Source: Octopus vulgaris (Eukaryota). From it: 64,000 nt of DNA. Within the stretch, counting starts at the first letter, position 1, and every line of letters begins with the position of its first letter. The stretch covers positions 57,164,001 through 57,228,000 of the forward strand of contig OX597819.1 of NCBI GenBank assembly GCA_951406725.2, in the 5' to 3' direction. Position numbers and translations under genes: made by a program. The notes beneath the pieces were generated by a model. It worked only from the letters and a program-made list of their open reading frames with translations, was not told where the DNA came from and did no database searches. This document shows, piece by piece, positions 53,788-64,000 of this stretch.

Positions 53788-55210
53788 TATATGTGTAAGT
53801 GTTTGCATAAATCTCTGTAAGAATCACACAACCACTACATACACTACATGTACACACTGACACACTGACACACAGGCACACACAGACAGAGGGGTTGCTG
53901 GAGCTGAACTTTGTTAGTGTGAAAATATCGAGCGTTGGATGGTCGAGAGTTCGATAGTGGATGCTGATTGGTTTCATCGGAATTGAAGAGATGCCTTGTG
54001 ATCAGACTTATCCGAGGAACATTAGACTCAGTACTAATAGTTGAGAAAGCATAAACGGGAAATAGTTCATACCAGGGACATAATTGGAAGACTATTCGTA
54101 AGCGACATTATACCAGTCAGAAGAGTGGCCATGGTTTGGGTTCGATTCAGAGGTTAAACTGTTCATCTTCCGATGAGGATATTGTACACCATCTTTGTCG
54201 TCAGCCGTCTTTCGTAGATATTTTGGAGACGGTAGATCTAAAATATTTTCTGATAAGTAGTGCAGTTTTCGTAATCTAATCATTACTCTGTTGACTTTGT
54301 GCATTCTCTATGAGAGAGGGGGTGAGACGGAGGGAGAGGGAATTGGGAGGGGGGTTGTGATGACAGGAACAAAGTTACGATCTCACAGCATGCTACGTTG
54401 AGCAAGAGTTTTCTACAATAATCTCAGATTGACCAGTAACCTACTTGTGATATTTAATGGAGATATTACACGACGAATAGTCAAATACATGCATGAACAC
54501 ACATACACACGAGCACCCGCACGTGTGAGTGTGCATGTGTGCGTATGTATTAATATATTATGCGTTTGTAATTTTGGGTTTGTCCGTGTGTGTATGTATC
54601 TTTAACTGACGTACACAGCCAAAGTCAAGTCGAAAGATCAAACGTCAACATTATTTGTTCTACATCGAGTTAGATACACTTTCTTGATTATCTTGCACAC
54701 AGAAAGGCTCTGAGACAATGATTGACCCACTGGATAATTTTATCACCTTTTTCAATCCCTTTCTATGCGACTATCAACCTCGTACAAATTTTCACCTCAC
54801 CAACTTCTCTTCAAGATTCTTGCCAGCTAAGCAATTTTCAGAAAGGATCTAATCTCAATCTTTTCTGCTCTCTGCAACTGCCTCTTTCTGTAAGTCTCTG
54901 TTTTCATTCTTTTGTAACTGTCTATTCACCCACCTTACTATATTTCACCTAATTCAGTATTTCTACTGTAGGTGTTTCTATCTCTGAACTGCTCTTCTTT
55001 CTGTGTAATGCAGCTAAAACATTTTCACATTTGTGTAACATTTTGCTTGTCCCATCCAACTCTCTTTCCCCTCTCTCTCTCTCCCTCTCTCTAGTTCTTC
55101 TCTCTCTATGCAGTTCTTCCCTCTCTCCATCGCCTTGTTTAAATTTTTTCTCTCTATCAACTATCTATGTGTATTCTTTCACCCTTTCTTTCTGGTTTAC
55201 TCTCACATAC

Positions 55211-55445
55211 TTTCTTATTTCTTTATTGCACACAAGGGGTAAACACAGAGGGGTCAAACAAGGAAAGCCAAACGGATTAAGTCGATTACATCGACTCCAG
55301 TGCGTAACTGGTACTTATTTCATCGATCCCGAAAGGATGAAAGGCAAAGTCGACTTCGGCGGAATTTGAACTCAGAACGTAACGGCAGACGAAATACTGC
55401 TAAGCATTTCACCCGGCGTGCTAACGTTTCTGCCAACTCGCCGCC
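55211..55445 (-). mobile_element. SINE family B, full length, tail type 1
   Basis: Minus strand GGCGGCGAGTTGGCAGAAACGTTAGCACGCCGGG..GAGTTCAAATTCCGCC..GTGCAATAAAGAAATAAG. Confidence 0.92.
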
Positions 55446-55942
55446 TTTCTGCCAGCTCACTCCTCTCTCATACTTTCTATATCTTTCTTTTTCCCGTTAT
55501 AACTCGCTCTTTTTCTCCAAAACTTTTACATTTTCACTAATTCTCTAACAACTCTCGTTATATAACTCAACTTCTGTATTTCCCACTTTCTCTTATTCGT
55601 TCAATTAATTTCTATTTAAGATTATATACTTGATCACCTGTCTATTTATCGTTTATTTCACACTATTTATTTATTGTTACTACTGTTTCGTGCAGTTGTC
55701 TTTATTTCATTTCCCCCTATGGGCAACAACCCTTTCAATTATCACTCTCTCAAAATCTCACATACAGTTTCCGTCTGTTACTATCTCTGCCATTCCACTT
55801 CCCCACCTTCTTCTTCCTGCGAATGCGTGTATGAAAATATGTTTATATACGCACATTATATTCATATGTTTGCACATATAAATTTCTGAAAATACACATA
55901 TGTATATACTTGCACACACACACACACATATATAAATACATA

Positions 55943-56254
<312 letters not shown>

Positions 56255-56790
56255 CATGCACATACACATTCACACACATTTACACACACCACCGACATAC
56301 ACATTTTCACACACATACAAATATATTACGTATTATGTACATAATTATGTGATACTTATACAGTATTTGTTTATGTGGCTGTATTTGCGAATAGGCAACG
56401 AGCATTTCCACCGTGTTGAATTGTAATCACTCTATCTCACTGCGACAAACACATCTACCATAGCAAAATACCAACCGACCGACAAACAAATGAAGGAAGT
56501 AGACGAAACAGTTTTATAAAACGAAATAACCGACCCAACAAGAAGATAAACAACAGCATACAATGAATTAAGCTCACAATAAAAACAAACAAGGTCTAAA
56601 CAATTATCAGCCAACAAACCAGCCTGCCAACCGGGACTCCATCGAAGCACCCAAATTTCAAACAAATAAACAAAACGGGGATACAAACAGAACAACTGAT
56701 AAAATAAATCCTCATTAAATGGACTGAAATAAACTGCGCTTTTCAAATATGCAACGAAGTAACAACAACACAAAAAAGAACTGCAACAAG

Positions 56791-56823
<33 letters not shown>

Positions 56824-57177
56824 CATAACAACAACGAGAACAACATCAAGAAGAACAATAACACTGTTATAACACAATAATACAAACACACAGTAATCAA
56901 TAGATGGTCTGGAATTAATTAAACTAAAGAACGAAACAATGAAAATGAAAATAAATTGTACAAGTAGCATTACGTGAGAATACATTTTTTCTCTCTCTCT
57001 CTCTCTCTCTCTCCTCGTAGTAAATCGAACGCAACTATTGCTTCGCTGCTGATTAAATATGGCGAATGAACTTCAAGAATATCATTTAGTCTATTTCTAG
57101 CAGATGTTTTTTTTTTCCATTCTCTTCATTTATGTTACCATTATTTCTTGTTTGTACTTCGGTTTCCTTTATTGCAT

Positions 57178-57263
57178 TGTTATTATTATTATTGTTATTA
57201 TTATTATTAATATTAATATTATTATCATTATTATTATTATTGTTATTATTATTGTTATTATTA

Positions 57264-57307
<44 letters not shown>

Positions 57308-57308
57308 G

Positions 57309-57348
<40 letters not shown>
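57178..57348 (+). repeat. (ATT)n/(GTT)n microsatellite
   Basis: Direct reading. Confidence 0.95.
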
Positions 57349-57349
<1 letters not shown>

Positions 57350-57493
57350 CTCATAATCACCATAATCATCCTCGTTCTTGTTGCTATTGGTTTTGCTTCT
57401 GTGTCCATATGTTCATATTTGTGTGGGTGTTTCTCTACGTGCCTGTATAAAGTTATATACATGCATACACACACACATTTATATATATTATAC

Positions 57494-57551
<58 letters not shown>

Positions 57552-59862
57552 GTATACTTATATGTATATATATAATATATATTGTTATATCAATATAATT
57601 CAAATAAGTATATAAGTGTATATTATATAAATAAATATATATAAATATACGTACGTGCACAAGCACAAACACACACACATAATTTGTCTAGATTCTGAAA
57701 TGCAAAGCAGTGATAATATGCTAACAACCTATGAATATATGCGAGTTTATATAGATAAGTATCTTTGATTCTTCCATTATTTGGCACGGCATAGGAATCG
57801 ATGCCAATCTTACTGTTATTTTGGTCACACTGAATCTGATAATGATGTTCTTGATTCTGTTGTTATTGTTGCTGTTCAGACTGCAGATGCAGAATTTTTT
57901 AGTTAATTCTGGAGCTATAGTCCAATTTTTCAAGGACGGTGGCAGTTATAAACATAATTTATTATACTTCATATTATCATTTATTTGCCACAGAGATCCA
58001 ATTGCAGTGTCATGCTATCGTTGTATGCCTTTTTCTGCTCTTAGCAATATCCCGTTCTTACTACTGTTGGTTTCTATCCCATCATTTCAGATCTTAGTAT
58101 TATGCCTTAGTTTTATTTCAAACATAGCGACCTTAGGACAATATTTTCCAGCATTTTATTCTATTATATTTTAAAACAGTCGTTTGTTTCAGACAGGTTT
58201 AATGACTGTAAAATCACACCGTAATAGCACTGTATATCTTAGTATTTTGGAACAGTTATCAACATTTCTTTACCAGAACGTTAACTGGTTCTATGTTGTT
58301 AAATCAAAGGAGGTCTTTATACTAACAGTATCGGGATTGACGTTCCGTGTTGAAATTCAGCAGGGTTCCTCTTTGCCTTTTCATACTTTCAGGGTCGATA
58401 ATATAACTACCAGTTGAGCAGTGGGGTCGATGAAATCGATTTGTTCCTTCCCTCTAAATTTTCTGGCCTTTGAAAGTGATATTAATAGGAGTCATTTGGA
58501 TGATATATTGGGTATAGAAAATCGTTGCATCATGGATGTTTCATAAGATACCACTAAAGAAAAATGTTTCGATTTCTATTTTTATAATCATATTTAATCC
58601 AATATTTAAGTATCTATTTATGTATATATTTTTACGATAATGTCGCTGGTTGTACGAAGTGTATACTTTTCCCTTCATATTTTTTTGTTTAATTGATGTA
58701 TTTTGAGGTGTGTTCTATTCTGCAATATTTTTTTAATGCTTCTCTAAGCAAGTAGTCCATTGAGTTTAATAGTAAAATACTTCATGAACATATCGTTCCA
58801 TATGTCTCTCTACTATATGCAAAAGTGTGTTTTGCGTATATATGTATGTGTGTTGCGTGCGTGCATGTGTGTGTACATATATATTTGTGAGAATGTATAC
58901 TTACCTCTATATGAAATTTTCTTAAGAGAATATCTGGTTTTTATAAAGAAATACGGTACTTATGTTGAAGTAACTAGTAATATAGGATTTTGTCCAATTA
59001 TGTAACAATCTTATCAATAACTGTAACTGAAAATAAATCTTATATAAAATAAATCTTATATAAAATATAAGAAAAAGGAAACAGACTGTAAAATTTCGTA
59101 TTATATTTTTATAAATAATTGGTGTTCGATATGGTTTATTCTTTAACTTTTAAATCATAGGATATCAAAAATCGAGACCCACTGGTACTTTCTACATACG
59201 GATCTGAAAATGTTTGATATGTTTCATCACCATACATTTATAGTTTCTGAATTCTCCCCGTATTTGAATCTACAACTATACATTAAAATGAAAACTTATA
59301 TTTTTTAATATATTATGACAAAGAAAAATTAGTTGTATATCCAGTATTCTTTTGTCCTTATATTATTAATCGTAGCCAATATAGATTATAATATCCCCAT
59401 TTTACCTTCCTGACAAATGGAACTATTTCCAAGATCGCTTCCATTAGTTTTCTAAGCACTAGTAAGTAGTATCAAATATGTCAGTACTACAATGTTACTC
59501 CATATTCAGCTCCAACTAACATTAAAATGTAGTGCATTGTAATAAATCAGTGACTGACCTTTAAAGACAATAACTTGATTTTCTAAATTTATAGTGCTGA
59601 GTTAGCTTTTCAGAAAAGGTTATCGTATCTTCTCTACAGTTCACAAATGTGTAGTATCTTTAAACATATTATTATAGCATATATGCATTCTGTATTTTTT
59701 CTCATTCTTGAAACGATATTACTTCAAAATTATATGTTCCAGCGAGTTGCAGTAGTGCATGGTCATCAATAGTTCGAATTAGTGTGTAGAAATAGCGCTA
59801 TTTATGTTCTTCACATATTATATAGTCTTAACTTGAAAGATGCCGTTAATAGATTACAGGTG

Positions 59863-59894
<32 letters not shown>

Positions 59895-60095
59895 TATATG
59901 TATATACATACATATATATATACTTACACACACATATATACTTACACACACATATATATATACTAGCACAATCAGACACACAAACACACACACTCATGTA
60001 AATATATATAGACGGAGAGAGACTGAGAGAGAGAGAGAGAGAGAGATAGATAGATAGTTGACATCTGCCTATATACATATATGCATAGAAATTGT

Positions 60096-60220
60096 CCACT
60101 CAGCTCGCAAAAAGGAGTAACGCTGCAATGGACTGGCGTCCCGTAGAGTTGGGGAGCACATATGTTATTGAAACGGGAAGCCGGGCCCGTGAGCCTGGCT
60201 AGGCTTTAAAAGGGTGCATT
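60096..60220 (+). mobile_element. SINE family C, 3' half
   Basis: Aligns to 47280-47405. Confidence 0.8.
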
Positions 60221-60234
60221 TATTTTATTTTTTA

Positions 60235-60440
60235 TTTCCTAGACACAAGGCCTGAAATTTAGGGGGAGGGGCCACTCGATTAGATCTACTCCAGTACCCA
60301 ACTGGTACTTAATTTATCGACTCCGAAGGAATGAAAGGCAAAGTCGACCAGGGCGGAATTTGAACTCAGAACGTAACGGCAGACGAAATACGGCTACGCA
60401 TTTCGCCCGGCGTGCTAACGTTTCTGCCAGCTCGCCGCCT
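60235..60440 (-). mobile_element. SINE family B, full length, tail type 2
   Basis: Same head and core as 55211-55445 but tail CTAATCGAGTGGCCCCTCCCCCTAAATTTCAGGCCTTGTGTCTAG. Confidence 0.9.
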
Positions 60441-60615
60441 TAATATGTATGTATATTGTATTGTCAATTGAATCTCTCTATTTATTTAATTGTTTGTAAT
60501 TTGCATTATACTCATATTTATATGGTATTCAACAGACGTACCAGTGACTTGGATGTTTTACACACCCCTTTGAAGGAATTCCTTTCTTTGGTTTATTACT
60601 TTATAATTATATATA

Positions 60616-60774
60616 GGCGAAGGAGTGGCTGTGTGGTAAGTAGCTTGCTAACCAACCACATGGTTCCGGGTTCAGTCCCACTGCGTGGCATCTTGGGCAA
60701 GTGTCTTCTGCTATAGCCCCGGGCCGACCAATGCCTTGTGAGTGGATTTGGTCGACGGAAACCTGTCGTATATA

Positions 60775-60858
<84 letters not shown>

Positions 60859-61066
60859 TGTGTCTGTGTGTCTGTGTTTGTCCCCCTAGCATTGCTTGAC
60901 AACCGATGCTGGTGTGTTTACGTCCCCGTCACTTAGCGGATCGGCAAAATAGACCGATAGAATAAGTACTAGGCTTACAAAGAATAAGTCCCGGGATCTA
61001 TTTGCTCGACTATCAAGGCGGTGCTCCAGCATGGCCGCAGTCAAATGACTGAAACAAGTAAAAGAG
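60616..61066 (+). mobile_element. SINE family A, full length
   Basis: Aligns to 28517-28933. Confidence 0.93.
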
Positions 61067-61111
61067 AATATATATATATGAGTATAATGCAAATATATAT
61101 ATATATATATA

Positions 61112-61196
<85 letters not shown>

Positions 61197-61632
61197 ATAT
61201 ATATATACGTGTGTGAGTGTATGTGTGTGAATGTATATATGTATAAATTTATGCATACATATATATAAAATTTATATAACAACATACGCGCGTGTGCGTT
61301 CGCGCACGCACACACACATACATATACATTTTTATATAGATTATCTATAAAGCCTGTACCTTTTTTGTAATTGATATTTAATAATTCGTTCCTCTCGGCC
61401 AAAAAAAAAACACACCTCTTTTACCATAACCTTGTTTCAGCCATTCATTCTCTGCATTTCATTCTCCCTTCTTAGCCTTCCTTTTCTCTATATTTCTCTC
61501 TTGTCTATGTTTGTGTGTCTGTCTGTCTCCTTTCCACCACCCCTCTCTCTCATACATACAAAATTTGTCTTCATATTTATAAAACCATCAACCACCCTAC
61601 GTGTACTCTTCTATCTCTGTTCCTATTTCCAC

Positions 61633-61672
<40 letters not shown>

Positions 61673-62232
61673 ACACACATATTTTCTTTTCACCTCTTCT
61701 TCTTCCACCCTCTTTGGTTCTCTTTGATTTTCCTTGTTATCCATGCTTTATTTTTGACCAAGCCAACTAATCAGAGAAACAAACTTATATATTTCTGTAG
61801 ACATTGCCAAGTGATTACTAGTTAGCCATTTAAATTGTTGTTCTTGTTGCTGTTGTAGATCATCAGTCTATGATAAAAATGCCGAAAATGAATGTAAAAA
61901 AAAGAGAATTTCCTGCTAAGTATTTTTATCTTTTCTAATCAATAAGCACAGGAACAATCGCATAAATATAAAACCAAAGAAGTGATGGCTCCTATGTATA
62001 CATTCTATATTTTACCCCTAGGTCAGTCACTTTTGAGCAGGCCTATGATCATAAGCTTTCCCGAAGTGACTATCTTGTTTTGTTTAAAAAGGGGTAATAC
62101 GGTGATTCTAAAAGGTCCTGAAACATTGTAGAGGCTCTCTTGTTGTTTGGGGCCTACGTTTAATTCTGATTGAAGTTTGCTATGATTAAAACGTTCCAGC
62201 CATGATCTGCGAGTGGAAGATTTTCTTTTCAG

Positions 62233-62265
62233 TTATAATGTCCTCCGGACTCACCGCATTGTTAG
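62233..62265 (+). CDS. Candidate 33-nt exon containing a start codon (ATG 62238; MSSGLTALL+G, phase-1 donor)
   Basis: Strong acceptor TTTTCTTTTCAG| and strong donor TAG|GTGAGT flank it; A at -3 of the ATG. No further exon identified in the window. Confidence 0.4.
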
Positions 62266-63695
62266 GTGAGTCTGCTCTGTTTGCGATGTATGGTGTGCTA
62301 ATGGATGAAATTTTGCTGATAGAAATAATAGCCTACAATCTCCTATTAGTCAAATGTATTCCTAGAAATATTAAAAAAAGGAAAGATCACATCTGGTTCA
62401 TCTTTGAACATCGGTTGACTAAAACACACACTGATGCTGAAAAGATAAAAAAATACCGATTAATGCAGCAACAACAGTCAGAATAAGACTGGCCGTAAGA
62501 ATAACAGCAGTAAAAATAACAGCAATAACTTAATGTCAATTACTTTGTAACATCGAAATAACGTTTCATCATGTTGTGTATGAATCTATCCAAAAGTGAT
62601 AACTGCATGCTATCGGATCCATTAGTGAAAAACCAGGACTCCTTTATTTTACTTTATCTCTTTGAAATGTAACCCTAAATTTTACATTAGTATTATGGGA
62701 AATGTTCACTCTGCTATTGTATAACCCGGGAATAAGGCCTCATAATCTTTCCTAAGGTTTGTTACTTAAGTACTGAAATAAGGGCCGGTTTCTCATTAGC
62801 TTTTCGTCATTCTTACCCCTACGTTTAGGAGAACATGAAACTACCCAGTAAGGCATTTACATTTCTAATTTGTTGGCGTTCTCTCCATCATTTCGAATTA
62901 AGATCAAACTACTGTATTTCATCTCTTATTATAAAAGGCAGATTTTATCTGCCTCCCTTTGTCAGTTATAGAAATCTACAATATAGGATTTCTTCAATTA
63001 CAATTTACCTAGCATTTTTAAGAGTAGAATGCATCGGGTCATGCCAGGTCCAGTTTTTGAAATTTAAACTCCAATTAAGCAAAATTTACAGAAAACTCAC
63101 ATTCTGGTGTGTATGTCAAATGCTTTTCTTAATGTGGTTTACACCACACGCACACGCACACACACAGTGTGCAACGAATAAAGTGAAAGTAATTCACTGT
63201 GTGTGTGTTGACAGGTAGACAATAGAATGCGATGGCGATGGCGATGGCGATGTAATATTTGTTTCTGTCTATCACGCTGATAGATACATGAGTAAAATGT
63301 ATGGCAAGCTAAGAGATAAGAGTGAGTGAAAATGTTCTTGGAAGAGAGTAAATAGCGACAGAGTGATTTGAGGAAGACTAAACTGAAAGTATTTCTATAA
63401 AACGGATCACTCATGCTATCAACATAATTTCTCCCACTTTCTCTTTGCAAGTGTACCTTAAACCACTACTCAAAAAATAAAAAAACACAGCAAACAGAAA
63501 CAAATAAATACATAACGATTTACTCCTCACACAATTTCTTCAATTAGAGTTTACCTAAGATTTTTCAAAGTACTCCATTCGGTCATGCCATAACAAATTT
63601 CTTTCAATTTCACCCCCAATTAAGACAAAATTCGACAAAACTCAATATTTTAACATTTCACTCCGAAAGCATTGATGTACATGTGTGCGTGCGTG

Positions 63696-63736
<41 letters not shown>

Positions 63737-64000
63737 ATGGGTTGTGCGACACAGAAAGTGTGGTGTGTAAGTGAAGTGCTTTTGTTAGTGTGTGTAAAGA
63801 GACAGAGAGAGTGAAAGACAGAAATAACTGAACTTTTTTTATTCACTTTTTGTAGTGAGTGACTGAGAGAGAAAAGAGAGAGAGAGGTTATGTATGTATA
63901 TATGTATGTATGGCTTCAGTGACACACACACAAAAAAACACATACCTACGTACACCTAAAGCACGCACACACACACACACAAGCGGAGCGCGAACTTCAA

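Noticed and set aside
59140-59530. Possible minus-strand exons (MYGDETYQTFSDPY.., TNGSDLGNSSICQE)
   Set aside because: In-frame stops nearby and no recognisable homology.

Overview
AT-rich, microsatellite-saturated eukaryotic DNA with almost no host coding sequence. The SINE types and (TA)n/(CA)n density suggest a coleoid cephalopod such as Octopus (inference). Most ORF-track entries are microsatellite translation artefacts. Real content: (1) a young, nearly intact Penelope-like element (PLE; RT + Cys linker + GIY-YIG) on the minus strand at ~21.2-26.2 kb, with ~500-bp direct terminal repeats and one homopolymer frameshift; (2) a decayed PLE of another lineage at ~8.0-10.8 kb and a PLE 3' remnant at ~40.3-41.1 kb; (3) an internally deleted R4/Dong-like LINE with a nested RTE fragment, plus CR1/L2-group and L1/Tx1-like fragments; (4) three tRNA-headed SINE families, one sharing its 3' hairpin tail with the CR1-group LINE; (5) a mariner-type MITE, three local duplications and one candidate start-codon exon at 62.2 kb. 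The main unannotated signal is about 13 type I hammerhead ribozyme (HHR) motifs from at least five sequence contexts, read by eye. They sit in short elements anchored in (TA)n arrays. Two pairs lie in the arms of long fold-back inverted repeats, and one pair has a compensatory U3-A8 core. PLE-linked hammerheads are known in general; the density, fold-back pairing and core variants here are what merit testing. Coordinates of degenerate repeats are approximate and no database search was run.
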